A stretch of DNA of 64,000 nucleotides from Callorhinchus milii (Eukaryota), in the NCBI RefSeq assembly GCF_018977255.1, contig NW_024704743.1, positions 86,058,001 through 86,122,000 of the forward strand, read 5' to 3'. Position numbers and translations under genes: made by a program. How positions within the stretch are numbered: the stretch's first letter is position 1; each line of letters starts with the position of its first letter. Below are positions 49,969 to 63,320 of this stretch, piece by piece. Under the pieces are notes generated by a model. That model made no database searches and was not told where the DNA came from. It worked only from the letters and a program-made list of their open reading frames with translations.

Positions 49969-51497
49969 TTGGATTGGATGTGCCTCCAAGTACCATTTCG
50001 CCCCCAGCTGCTGCCCCCAGACTTGTCCTTCTATGACAGATAGATACCCTCTTGGTGCCAAGTCCCTTGCTGCAGCGGTTCATTTCTCTTGTTGCAATTC
50101 TCATTACATTGACTATGATGAACAGAATAGCAGAAACTTATTTTGAAGTAAGTAGTACAGATCGTCTCCCATCCGCAGAAAACAGGTGTAAAAACCTGTT
50201 AAATATTCATAAACATATTTGTCATTGATCAGAACTCAAATTTTACTCATTAATACTTTAACATTTAGGTAGCCAGAAGGCAGCATAAAAGTCTTTTTTC
50301 TGAAGCTTTGCACAGTAACTCTGAAAAGCTTTCTGCTTTATACAATATGATTTATAACTATTTGAGCTGTAACAACGGATCACTGTAAATTGTTTGAACT
50401 GGTATTGTTCTTTTTATAAAGTAGTTTACTGCCACATATAATATGTTTTGTGTTAGACTGCTCTTTGGTGCCAAAACAGATTGCATGTCAAAGCTGTTAT
50501 AAATAAAATCTGCACCATGTACTCTTTGGACATCTTAAATCTTTTCCCTATGTAGTTTCAAGAAAGAACTCTGCATTTGAAGGCAAGTTTTATCCCCTCC
50601 CTGTAAGTTTTTGAAATCTTCACTCCCAATTGATCACAAATAATGTTTTGAGCATTCTTGTGACTTCAACAATATGTGCCAGTGGAATTGATTTGTTTTA
50701 CAGATGAGGGTAGTAATCTAATTTTTTCTATGTTCTTTTACAGTACTAATGTATATGTTTAACCATGATTAGTGTAATATGGAGCATTTCTAATAACTCA
50801 TTTAATTAACAGCTATCTTTTCCTGTATCAGTGACTGAGAAAAACAGTAGTTTCCAACTTTCAATCCCATATTATCATTATGACTTTATAGCAAATCATT
50901 TTCAGGAGAAGGAAACTTGTGTTTGCTCCCTTCTTTTTGGATGCCATAACATTTCCAAAAGATGCATTTCTGGAGTGAAAAAAACTCCAGAAACTCAGTT
51001 CCAAACTAAATCAAAAACTCAGTTTAAGCAATAAAGATGGAAACATGTGGTAAAGATGGAACATGTGCTCCTTGATGTATAGTCAAGTCTGGTTTAATCC
51101 TCCATTAAGATTGACAGGTGAAAATACCTTGTTTTTTTGATTTTCAGAACATGGATGAAAGCTTGACACTTTCTAGTGCAGTGCAGAGAAATCGGATAAC
51201 TCAAGTAGAAGTTGTTAGGTGATGTAAGGCTCGAGCTTTAAAACTCCTGAAAAGTTTAATAACCTTGGTCTGCAGTATTGCCTTGAATCTCGGACACACT
51301 GTTGAAGCTTAGCAAGAGGTTGTCTACGCATTAAACAAGTATTTGAAATACATTCTTTCTATTGTACTGATCTAGCAAAGTTCAATGGGAAATGCAGGTG
51401 ATTTCAGTAAATTATCAGAAAGCTTTCATATTACCCCATGATCTGGAATCTGGTGAGTTTCTTAAATTGTTTTATAATCTATAACACAATTTATAGG

Positions 51498-51982
51498 TCA
51501 CATACCAGGTTCTGTGACCTATCATCCCCACCCTCGCCTAGCTCCACTGGATCCCTGTCCCCCAGAGGACAGAGTTCAAAATCCTCATTCTCGCCTTCAA
51601 AGCCTTCTGTGGGCTTGCTCCTTCCTATCTCTGTGTCCTGCTAAAGCCATATCAACCTGTCCGCTCATTCTGTTTAGCAGGTTCCGACCTGCTCTATGTC
51701 CCGCGCCCCACCATCGGCAGTTGGGCCTTCAGCCTCGCTGCTCCACCCTTTGGAACTCCATCCCACAGTCCCTTCTCCCTGCTCTGTCCCTTGCCTCCTT
51801 CAAGGCATATCTCAAGACCTTCCTCTTCGACCGCGCCTTCGGTCACCCTCATACGCCTACCATCCTCGCCCCCCACCCCTCTTGATCCCAACCCCCTGTT
51901 TGGATCCAAATCCTTGATTGCCCAGCACCTTGGGATGCCATCCCAATGTGAAAGGCGCTATACACATGTAATTTGTTGTTGT
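51498..51982 (+). mobile_element. L2 3' fragment
   Basis: Encodes TLWNSIPQSLLPALSLASFKAYLKTFLFDRAFG; (ttg)n tail. Confidence 0.88.
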
Positions 51983-53009
51983 AGTGCATGGAATTCTCAG
52001 TTTGGTTTGGATACTCTTAAACATGGTGATGGATTTCCGCACGTGTCAGATACCAGGCTGACTAAAAAATCTTAGTTATCCTTCTGCCTAGTTAATAAAC
52101 AGATTTGAAGATTTAAGGGTAGAAGCCCAGGGAAGCTGGTAAGTTTTATCAAGACAAAGAAAGAAGAGAAAGGGTATGCAGAAGTTAAGTTTTAAAAGTT
52201 ATCTGGAGCACTTCAATAATAAAGCTGTTCTTAATTCCAGTAACATTGTTGCCCTACGGACACTGGGGAGCAATTTGTTTCAAAACAGGTGTTGTAGGAG
52301 TATGACACAATAGTTCATTATGGGTTACTTCTCATAGAGAGTATTCTATTCGATTAAATAATATTCTCGTCAATTAATTATTTCAGGTAAGAATGTTATT
52401 TTCAAAATTTCACAATTTAACACAAATTTTATGTTCACTTAAATGCTTCCCCTTTAATGTTTGATTTTGGCCTCTTTCTAACTAAGCCATTTTGACAACG
52501 TTGATGCATTTGATGAAATACAAAGCAAATTTTAAATTTTCTAAAATTGCTAAATTTTAGAAAATTTAGTCATTGCTAAATTTGTACAGGCTTCTCATTT
52601 AATCAGATGAAAGTAATGTTTTTTTTTGCATGTAAATAAAACGTCAGTGTGGTATTTGTATCCTTGTAAGAGGATAAATGTCTGCCAGTGAGATCTGAAG
52701 CAGCATTCAGTCTTTTAAGTGCCAATCAAATCAGAGGTTTTCTGCAAGCATTTTTGTTTGAAAATAATTTTGAAGTACAGAACAAGTAATGTGAGGTGGA
52801 TGAATGAGTCATATAAGCACAGACAGGCATTGACATCATGTGATTAACATTACTGTAGCATGATTTTGACAGAGACTTGACCAAGAAACAAACATTATCA
52901 GGATGGAATGCATTTTGAGGGATTTTATTGATCTCCTTATAAGATTCAGAATCCTGAAAGTGGGTTGATTGACATGTTGCAGTGCCTTTGCTTATTAATT
53001 GACAGTTTT

Positions 53010-53240
53010 TGTAACTTTATCAAGGGCCACAATCCCAACCTATTTATAGAGATGGAGTAGAGGAGCTTTACTGGGATGATACCAGGAATGAGTCGTTTGG
53101 CCTATGTATGAGTGGAGACTGGAGGAACTGGGACTTTGGCCTCTGGCGGGAAAAAAAGGTTGAGAGGTGACCTGATGGACATCTTTGACATTTTTGAGGG
53201 GTTTTGATGGAATCAATTGGGCGAAATTGTTTCCCAGTAA
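53010..53240 (+). mobile_element. Old CR1 RT C-terminal fragment
   Basis: ggagctttactgggatgataccaggaatg...aaggttgagaggtgacctgatgga parallels 18760-18930. Confidence 0.7.
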
Positions 53241-53264
53241 CAAAATAAAGATTTTTAAAAATAG

Positions 53265-53881
53265 TTATTTGGTCACTCAATCCACGACTGTTTGTGGGAC
53301 ACTGCGGTGCACAATTGGCTGCCACGTTTCCCACAAAATACACAATGAATTCACTTTACTGTGTTTTCTATGAAGCGCTATGAGACGTCTCGAAGGCATG
53401 ATAAGGCGCTTTAGCAAATGCAAGAATTATTATTAGAGAGCATGGATTTTATCATGGCGTTCTGTAGCTGGTTAGAGCACTCGCCTCGCAAGCAAGAGAC
53501 TTGGGTTTGATTCCCAGCACGGCGAAACTTTGGGCAAGTTCCTTACTCCACACGCCTCTGTTTACCTAGCAGTAACTAGGGACTTGGTTGTTAGCGCCTT
53601 GGGACGTCCTCCCGACGTGAAAGGCGCTCAATAAATGGAATCTTGTTGTTGTTAATCGATTGCCCAAATCGCTTTTCCAGGGGTAATAATTCTTCAAAAA
53701 AATAATAATAAATTGGCACTTAATCCACGATTGCTTGTGGGACACTGCTGTGCGCAATTGGCTGCTGTGTTTCGCCCAAAAATAAATAATCAATTCACTT
53801 CATAGTATATTCTGTAAATTGCTTTGAGAAGTCTCAAAGACATGATAAGGCGCTATATCAAATGTAAGGGTTAGTATTATT
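53265..53881 (+). mobile_element. SINE 3' half (53265-53434) followed by a full long-variant SINE (53456-53881) containing a small L2 tail insertion
   Basis: Head ggcgttctgtagctggttagagcactcgcctcgcaagc; insert gcgccttgggacgtcctcccgacgtgaaaggcgc...(ttg)n at about 53594-53650. Confidence 0.85.
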
Positions 53882-55259
53882 TCTTGAGGGTCACCTCGAG
53901 AATGATTAACACAATGCACCTCAAAGTGATGTGACAGGATCTGTGTCTGTGATTCTCTACTGAACTCTTGGATTAGAATTATGTACAGAGGGCAGAGGTC
54001 ACAAACCTACAAATAGGAAGAAGAGGGAAAACTAGTGAATCAATACAAGACAGAGCCTGTTATCTGCACTAAGTGGGACCAGCCCTGTTGTGAATATGGA
54101 ACAGTGCGAATAATGGATTATCACAAAAAATAAAATATTAGCTACACTGACAACTGAAACCTCCACAAATATATCTATTATATTGTCAATATTGTACCAA
54201 ATGGTGCCAGCCATTCTTTCTTCCTCTCTAACTTTCTATTTCTTACTTTCTTTGCCATATATTTCACTCTCTCTCTTTTGGCAAATTATGCTCCTGGCAA
54301 CATGACACACGTGACACATTTCCACATTGGAGCCTGATTCAAATATACCAACATGTGGATTGAAGGTACGCATTTAACTGTAGTTCTATTTTAATAGGAT
54401 CCTTTCTCTGGGTACTGGGGCAACCATGGCAAAAAAGAAGAGGGACATTGAGCCCAAGCTTGATCAGCATCACACAATGAATATTTAAGCACTTTGAGCT
54501 GTCCGCCTGACATGAAAGACACTATATAAATGTAAATTTGTATTATATTCTAAGAGGCTCAAATGAAGGAAGGAGAGATGAGATGCATGTGGGTCATAGG
54601 TAGATTGATATTGATGTACACCTTTCATTTATGGTTTCAGTGTATTGAGGCCACTATTATTGTCAGATATCCAGCTTGCTTTATTTATGTATTTTGACTG
54701 AATGCTGTTAGAAATCCTGAGGATAAAGAAAATGTTTTCACAATTAGGTAGACTAACCATACTTGAATTTTCCACCATACTGCATTCTCTGTACAATGCA
54801 CTCTTAAACATTATGAGAGAACCATGTAATTAAGAGTCGCCCACTGATTATTTAGCGCAATACTATAAGAAAGAGAATGGTTCTCTTCCAGATGTACTCT
54901 ACGAAAGCAGGAGAGAATCCAGGCCTATGTTAATTCCTAAGACACCACTAGGAAAATAAAACAATGGAATAAGTTAGATATTTGACAACCTTGCCTTGTG
55001 TTTTGGATTTGCATGAAAAAATAGAGGTAAAATTTCATACACGAATTACACATGAAAGAATTAATCTGTAAACCTAAAAAGCTCTCAAATTAATGCTTTT
55101 TGGCTACTAAACGATTTTCAGCTTGGCAACAGGTCACAATCGCTGAGCAAACAGACGTGTCTAGTGTGCTTGCTACAATTTCTTTTCAAAATTGTATCAT
55201 CTCATTGTGTAAAGAAAACTAGAAAACTTGATAAACCCCCATTCCCTGTGGCCCTCTAT

Positions 55260-55710
55260 ACAACAATAACTTGCATTTATATATGCCTTTCATATAGGGT
55301 AATGTCTAAAGTGCTTTATAGAAAGGCTGTGGCACAGATGATGGGGTAGAGAAGGTGAGCAACACCTGGCAGTTCAGAGTTCTCTGAGGGGGACGGGCCA
55401 AGCATGACTGTGAAGCCAGAGAAGGTAGAGAGGGGCAAGAGCGTGCAGGAATTTGTAAGTGAGGATCTTGAAGTTGATCCACTAGGAGGCAGTGGAGACT
55501 GGTAAGTATGGAGGTGATGGACATCCAAACCTTAGTTGGTTAAGCATGCTGAATTTTGGATGAGCTGCAGCTTGTAAATGGTGGAACTGGGGAGACCAGC
55601 AAGGAGAGCATTGGTGAGGTTCATTGTAGAGGTGCTGTAGACATGGATAAGGATTTATTAGCTGAATTTGAGGTGGAGGTGAGCAATGCGGTGAAGATGG
55701 AAGAGAGGCT
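55260..55710 (-). mobile_element. Old L2 3' fragment
   Basis: Reverse tail aacaataacttgcatttatat; reverse ORF SITSILTSLHCL. Confidence 0.7.
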
Positions 55711-56027
55711 GTAAAGAAATTCAGTCCCATTTATACTTTCATGCTGGAGAAACTATTATAACAGAATTTATTGCACTGTATATTGAATTAAATGATCATA
55801 CTTGAAATTTCAATTCTGCATTGATGTAATGACATCCTAGTATAAAATGGCAGCCGTACAGCTAGTTTCTTTGGGTCTCTTGTTTCAGCATGTGCTGTTA
55901 ATTTTGAGTCTCAGTTGGACATGCAGAAATTGCTGCAATGCTGTTGGCAAATATAAATTGATGGATGTTAAATGTTGTTGAACAGTATATCTAAAAATTA
56001 CTTAAATTTATGATTTCAACATGTTTT

Positions 56028-57936
56028 GGAGTCTTGTAGCTTAGTGGTTAGAGCACTCGCCTCACAAGCGAGGGACATGGGTTCATTTCCTGGTAGGACG
56101 AAATATTGGGACAAGTTCCTTACTCCACATGCCTCTGTTTACCTAGCAGTAAGTAGTAACCCGGTTGTTGGTCGATTGGCGGATCGCTTTTCCAGGGGTA
56201 ATAATTCCTGAAAAAAAAATTAGTCGCTTCAATCCACGACTAACATAACATGTAGGAGCAGGAGTAAGCCATTCGGCCCTTCGAACCTGCCCCAACATTC
56301 AATCATGGCTGATCTTCTAATCTAACTCCAGCTAATAACCTGACCCTGCCTTATCCCCATATCCCTTTTGCAATAAGAAATCTATCTATCTCAGTCTTGA
56401 ATATGTTCAAGGACTGAGCGTCAACAGCCCTTTGCGGTAGCGAGTTCCATACATTCACCACCCTTTGAGTGAAGAAGTTCTTCCTCAACTCAGTGCGAAA
56501 GGGCTGGCCTCTGATTTTAAGTTTGTGACCCCTGGTTTTAGTTTCCCCAACCAGGGGAAACAATCTCCCACTATCTACTCTATCATGCACTTTGATGATC
56601 TTATAGGTTTCTATAAGATCCACTCTAATTCTTCTACATTCTAGAGAATATAGGCCCAAATTGGTCAGCCTATCCTCGTAACTCATCCCCTTCATCCCTG
56701 GTACTAACATAGTAAATCTACGCTGCACACCCTCCAAGGCAAGTACATCCTTCCTTAAATAAGGAGACCAAAACTGCACACAGTATTCCAGGTGCGGTCT
56801 CACCAGGGCCCTATACAGTTGCAGCAAGACTTCCCTACTCTTATACTCTAATCCTTTCATAATGAATGCTAACATACCGTTCGCCTTCCTAATTGCTGCT
56901 GCACCTGCAGACTAACTTTCTGTGATTGGTGTACAAGAACACCCACATCCCTCTGGACGCTAACACATTCCAATCTCTCCCCTTCTAAAAAATAACTTGC
57001 TCTGCTGTTTTTGCTACCTAGGTGGATGACTTCGCACTTCCCTACATTATACTTCATCTGCCACCTACCTGCCCAATCACCTAACCTATCTATGTCTCGC
57101 TGCATTTTTTTAATGTCATCCTCTGTGTTGACACCTCTTCCTAGTTTTGTGTCATTCGCGAATTTAGTTATATTAACTTCGATGTCCTCATCTAGATTGT
57201 TGATGTCCTCATCTAGATCACCGTGGTGTGACCACGCCTAGATCATTGATGTAGATGGTAAATAGCTGAGACCCAAGGACTGATCCATGTGGCACTCCAC
57301 TAGTCACATCCCGCCAATCTGAAAAGGACCCGTTTATCCCCACTCTTTGTTTCCTACCGGTTAACCATTCCCCAATCCACGTTAATATGCTCCCCCCAAT
57401 TCCATGGGCCCTTATCATTTGGACTAACCTTTTATGCAGCACCTTATCGAATGCCTTCTGGAAGTCCAAATAGACGACATCCACTGATTCACCCTTATCT
57501 AGTTTACTGGAAATGTCCTCAAAAAACTCTATGAGATTTGTCAAACATGACTTCGCTTTTGTAAAGCCATGTTGACTTGGCCTAATTATATTGTGCTTCC
57601 CTAAATACCGCACTACCACATCCTTAATCAATAATTCTAAAATTTTCCTATCATTGATGTGAGACTAACTGGTCTATAGTTCCCCATCTTTTTCTTTCCA
57701 CCTTTTATAAATAGTGGTGTGACATTTGCGATCTGATAGTGGTGTGACATTTGCGATCTAATAGTGGTGTGACATTTGCGACTGTTTGTGGGACACTGCT
57801 GTGCACAATTCACTGCCGCGTTTCGCCCCCAAAATACACAGTCAATTAATTCACTTTACAGTATAGTCTGTGAAGCGCTTTGAGACATCTCAAAGACATG
57901 ATAAGGTGCTATATGAGATGCAAGGATTATTATTAT
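56028..57936 (+). mobile_element. tRNA SINE (long variant) split by a CR1 insertion; halves at 56028-56241 and 57779-57936
   Basis: The SINE breaks at aatccacgact and resumes at cgactgtttgtgggacac; cgact is duplicated. Confidence 0.92.
56242..57781 (-). mobile_element. CR1 LINE, 5'-truncated, relatively young, with RT ORF fragments
   Basis: ORFs 57218..57631 (QHGFTKAKSCLTNLIEFF, VYLDFQKAFDKV, VTSGVPHGSVLG), 56869..57105 and 56351..56875 (LYRALVRPHLEYCVQFWSPY). Confidence 0.96.
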
Positions 57937-58269
57937 GTTACCTTAATGTATAGGAACAAGGAAAAACACTACAAAATATTTACTGGAAAGAAGTAAGCAC
58001 GTAATTAGTTCATTTCATTGATTGTTTAAAAAAAACACTAACCACATGCCTGGACATCAGGATAAGATTGTTCACTTGGAAACAGTTTATAAGATGTTAG
58101 CAAATATAATTTGATAAACTGAGTGGACTTTGTATAATACTGCTGCTGTAAGCTCTGGAAAGAATATATTTGAGACTGGTTTTAAATGTCATTCTGCACT
58201 GATGTATATGATTGAATTAGTTGACAAGTGGGCATAATTGTTGACTACTCCATTATTCTAGTAGTTCTA

Positions 58270-58685
58270 ATTTGATTTGTTTTGATTTGATAGAGCCTTT
58301 CGTTTTGGAGAACAAGTGCTCCACAGGATTTACTCTAAAGTGTACTGACTATTTTATAGGCAAATGTGTCAGCCCATTTACTCATAGCTGGCTCCCATCA
58401 ACAGCAGTGAAGTGAGTGACCAATTTTATCCAGCAGATTGTTGGGCCAGGATACCTGAAGAAACTCCCTTCTCTTGTTGAATAGTGCCATGGGATCTTTT
58501 CTGTCAACTTGAACAAGCAAACATGACCTTGGTTCAATGTCTCATCCAAAGGCAGCCATCTCCAACAATGCAGCACACCCTATGCATTATGTTGGAGTGT
58601 CTGTCTTGACTGTATTCAAAATCCTGATGGAAAGCTTGATCCATCTTGGAGGCATGAATGCTACCAATTGAGTCAGGCTGACATC
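58270..58685 (-). mobile_element. Deu-domain SINE (SacSINE1/AmnSINE1-like), near full length, degraded
   Basis: Reverse: gtgctgcattgttggagatggctgcctttggatgagacattgaaccaagg...aaagatcccatggcactattcaacaagagaagggagtttc. Confidence 0.75.
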
Positions 58686-59680
58686 TAAAGAAAAGCAGTT
58701 TTACAATTTAAAATTGTGCATAAGACTGATGGAACACTTGATTGTTAATTATAGAAATGTACCGAAGTGTTCGTGAAGGATACAAAGTTAAGGTCACTGA
58801 TCCACCTTATGTTGCAGACTTCCTCATGACTGCAAAAAGTAATCATTTATTTTAAATTTCCTGTGACTGACCTTATTGGCTGCCAGGCCACTCTTGGGTT
58901 GTCTCAACTTGGTAACCATTTATGTAACATAACTCCTAAGATTTTTAAATGCAACGTTTGCAGCTGCAGTATGTGCAGTACTCAGCACTGCAACTTGAGC
59001 TTTACTCACAGTGCTACCGAAGGCTGAATATAAGAGGAACATAAAGGACCACTGTTGTCTTGTGCTTGGCTTTTATGCAATGGCCATGGCCTCAGGAGCT
59101 GTATATTACCTCTTTTCCGCAAAGCTGCTTTTAACAGTCACAGTGGGTTATCAGACATCATCTTACTGTGCTTGCTCTTCATTGAAGTTTTACAAAATAC
59201 AGGGCAGGTCCATTATTAAGCTCCTCACTAAAGTGTGGGTCTGGTTTTAACGTAGACCTGTGGTTATTGGAAATGTGATATGGTTCTAGAATGAACCAGC
59301 TGGCTTCCAGTGCTAACCAATGCCTGACCCAAAAATCTGGGAAATTCCAGAATGGTCGTGGTAATTCTTGTATTTGATAGATTGCTGTTCACGCTGGGAG
59401 GACATCCCAAAACACTTCATAAGATATTCCATAAAGAATAGTGATTTTGTGGAGAACAGAGCAGCTAATTTGTACACAGCAGTGTACCATAAACAGGTGA
59501 TCGATAGTTGTTCTCGGGATGAAAATGGGATGCAAAAATTGGCCTCAGCGAGGGAGGAAAAGGATAGTCAGGGGTCCTCCAAATTATTTTCCAGTGATAC
59601 TCACAGGAAAATGCATTGTTGTTGGTTGAAGGAGGACAAGACTTGCTTCGTTGTGGAATAACAAATGCATTGTTATGTTA

Positions 59681-60080
59681 ATAATAATAACCCTTGCATT
59701 TGATATAGTGCCTTAGCATGTCATCGAGGCGCCTCAAAGCGCTACACATGATACACTCAAATGCAGATTTAATGAGGCAGCCAGTTGCACGCAGCAATGT
59801 CCCACGAATGGCCATGAAACAAATAAACAATTTTCTTCGGGGGATTGTTGATCAGGATACCGGGAGAAACTTCCATGGATTATTTAACATCCACCTGAAC
59901 AGACAAATGGGACTTCTGTTTAACATCTCAACAAAAGGAAGCACCTCTGACAATACAGTACATCCCCAGCACTCCATTGGAGTGTCAGCCTGGACTTGGT
60001 GAGTCTTAAGTCCCGATGTGGTGCTTGAACCCACAGCCTTCTGATTCAGAGGCAAGAGTGCTACCGACTGAACCAAACTG
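59681..60080 (-). mobile_element. Deu-domain SINE with tRNA-like head, near full length
   Basis: Reverse head ggttcagtcggtagcactcttgcctctgaatcagaaggctgtgggttcaagc, Deu body, and (aat)n tail at 59681. Confidence 0.78.
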
Positions 60081-61959
60081 ATATATGATGCAGAAAAACT
60101 CATCAAGATGGACAATTGGCTTAACAGAACTATCAATGCTTATGGAATCTTCAGGGGAAGGTTGAGGGGGAATATGAGACAGGGAGTCTCTATTATCAGC
60201 TCATTTTAGTTTTGATTTTTGAAGGCAAGCACAGAAAGACCGTTTTTTTAACTTAAAAGAACAAAACATCATCACTCCATGCCAGATGAAGTCATAAATG
60301 TCATTCATGGATGATGACCATAAACACAAATGAGGGTAAAGAACCTGATCTGTTATTAAGATATAAGAAAAATACTACTGTTTCCAGACTAAGAATAGTC
60401 TTCACTATTGTGGGCAATGTGGTTATTTTGTTCTACTCCAGAACAGTCCATTGAATATTCTTAAATGCATAGTCTGGGAGAAAAAGTAACTATGGAATGT
60501 AGGCAAAGGCAAGAAAGTGATTGATGCTTTTTTATTTTAATTCAACATAATTGAAGCTTCAGCTTTTGCTGAATTCATCTGATTTAAATTATGAAAGTAA
60601 CTAATTATTGTGCTGGCAAAAGATAAAAGCAGAAAAAAGTAATACTTTCATGATTTTTCCCATTTTAAAAAAAACTGAAGGAACCTTGTGAATCAGGTAG
60701 ATTGATGTGTTTTTCAAATTCTTTGGGTGTTTGTAAGCAAATTTCTAAAGTTCAATGCTGCAGATGTCTAATGGTCACTGTATAATTTGGAGCTTGATTC
60801 ACGTCTCTGCTCCTTTATGTGGGCTGGTGGTATTCATAGATATGGTTTAATTCATATCAAAAGTTCTATTCATTTGGAGGAAATTCGTGTTTTCACTTAT
60901 CTTTAGTTTGTTGCCAAAAAATTAATGCTCATGATGAGTAAGCATGCATTATTTATGAAAGCACTTGAACAAACCCTTAAAATTTGGATCTTGAGCTTAT
61001 TAGACTTTTATTTATTGAATTGTCCTGTCTCAGACTAGTTTTGTATCAATGACAGCTACCTCACATCTTATAGTTTGTTCTATGGTTGATGTATAAAATA
61101 CTCAGCACAGCCAATTTCTGGATAGTCAAACCATAGCATTTAAGATCATGATTTTGCCAGGAAAGGTAAATCATCATTTGTTTTGTTCATGCATGAATAT
61201 ATGTTGTTGCAGGCAGAGAGGAGGATTTGGCATCACTGGGTTGCCAATTGTGTGGTGAACATACAAAGGAATTAAATAGTTTGTAGTGTATATCCAGGGA
61301 ATATTTTGCTTCTCATATACATTGTTTTTTTGTTATACATAGCGATATTGAAATTAATATTCTCAACAAATTATTTAAAAATAAAGTATACCTGATTGTT
61401 AAACTGACTATTCATAATGTTGTATTAGTGTATACTATGGCTGCTGTATAATAAACTAGCTTGGCGTTTGTACTAAGCCTGTGTCGCTTTGTTTGGCGGC
61501 TATCATTATTTAACTTGATGTCAGTATTCAGTTTCAAGATTAGCCAAGCTTGTTGAATGCTTGCTACCTTGCTGCTGTGCATCCACTGGTCTTTTGTGTT
61601 GAGGTATCCTCCCCTTGTTTGTTTCTCCTGTTGTACACAACGTAAAAAAAGACTTCTTCGGGGCCGAGCTCCGCTCTTGTATTCCCTTTTCTAACTGTCA
61701 GAAAACCTGTTTACCGATTTTCTGCGTCACAGTCAGGTGTTCCAGCAAATATGAATACATTGACTCATTATGAACCCTTTCTCCAGACATTCTTCAACAA
61801 GATGTCTGCGATCCTTTTTTTGTATTTAGTTATTGCAAAGAATTACTTTATCCTCTTTAAAGTATAGTATGAACAATTTTGTTTTATGAATATATTCTTT
61901 GAATGCATTCCAGTTGATTTATGCCCCTTGGTTAATTGTTTAATACTTGATCATTTTAC

Positions 61960-63320
61960 TTTCACAGCCGTCATCACTCCTATTCTTAAAAAACCCTCAC
62001 TGAACTCATCCCTGCTATCAAATTATCGCGCCATCTCCAACTTTCCTTTCCAAACATCTGGATCGAGTCGTTGCTTCCCAGCTTCGCTCCTTCCTCTCCC
62101 CCCCCCTCCAATCAGGTTTCCATGCCGCCCACAGCACAGAAACAGCTTTGGTCAAAGTGACAAATTACATTTTGTCCATCTGCCTCCTCGTCCTCCTTGA
62201 CCTCTCTGCTGCCTTCAATACCATTGACAACTCTATCCTCCGCCGCCTCTCCTCTCACCTTAACCTTCATGATTCTATCCTTGACTGGTTCAGATCCTAC
62301 CTCTCACAGCTTCTCCACTTCATTTCCACAAACAGATTCTTCTCTAGCCCCCGCATCGTCTCGTGCGGAGTTCCTCAGGGCTCTGTCCTTGGTCCCCTCC
62401 TTTTCAATATCTATATGCTCCCTCTTGGTGACATCATCCGCAAATAGTGGGGTCAATTTGAACATGTATGCAGATGACATCCAACTCTATCTCTCTGCCT
62501 CCACCCTCGACTCCAGGATCATTGCTATCCTGACATTGCTATCCTGCTATCCTGGATGAGAGCTAACTTTCTAACGTTGAAGGTCAACAAGACCGATGCC
62601 CTCCTGATTGGCTCCCGTCAGCGTCTCCTCATCTCAGGCACTGACAGCGTCACCATCCATAGTTGCACACTCCACTTTACTAAGCCAGTTCGGAAACGGC
62701 ATCTTGTTTGACCCTCACCTATCCTTTCTACCCCACATCTGTGCCATATCCCCTCTGCCTTCCCTCACCTCCGCAACATCGCCCGACTCCACCTCTATCT
62801 GACACTGCAGGCTGCCGAGAACCTCATACAAGCATTTATAACATCCAGGCTAACTACACAAACTCCCTGCTTGTTGGCCTCCCCAACTCCTCCCTCCATA
62901 GGCTCCAGATTATCCAGAACTCTGCAGCCTGTGCCCTCTCCTTCACCAGGCTCTGGGACCCTATCACCCATACCCGATTCCACTGGCTTCCGATCACACA
63001 GAGGATACAGTTCAACATTCTGGTCCTCACCTTCAGAGCCCTCCATGGCCTTGCTCCCCCCTACCTCTGCGACCTTCTAACTCCCTACCAACCTGCTGGC
63101 TCCCTCCGCTCAGCGGGCTCCGGCCTGCTTCACGTCTCCCACTTCGCCCGGCCCACCATTGGTGGGCAGGCCTTTTGCCACTCTGTCCCCACCCTCTGGA
63201 ACTCCGTCCTGCAGTCCCTCTGCCTCCCTTGCCTCCTTCAAAACACATCTCAAGGCCTTCCCTTGGGACGGCCTCTCAACTTGTAAGGCGCTGTACAAAT
63301 GTAATTTTGTTGTTGTTGTT
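61960..63320 (+). mobile_element. L2 LINE, 5'-truncated, with RT remnant, ending 32 nt before exon 10
   Basis: Peptides AVITPILKKPSL...NYRAISNFPF, LVLLDLSAAFNTID, SCGVPQGSVLGPLLFNIYMLPLG, MYADDIQLYLS, HWLPITQRIQFNILVL; (ttg)n tail. Confidence 0.95.

Noticed and set aside
57711..57781. CRISPR-like short direct repeats
   Set aside because: The units are contiguous with no spacers, derive from CR1 coding sequence, and sit in a eukaryotic intron with no cas genes.
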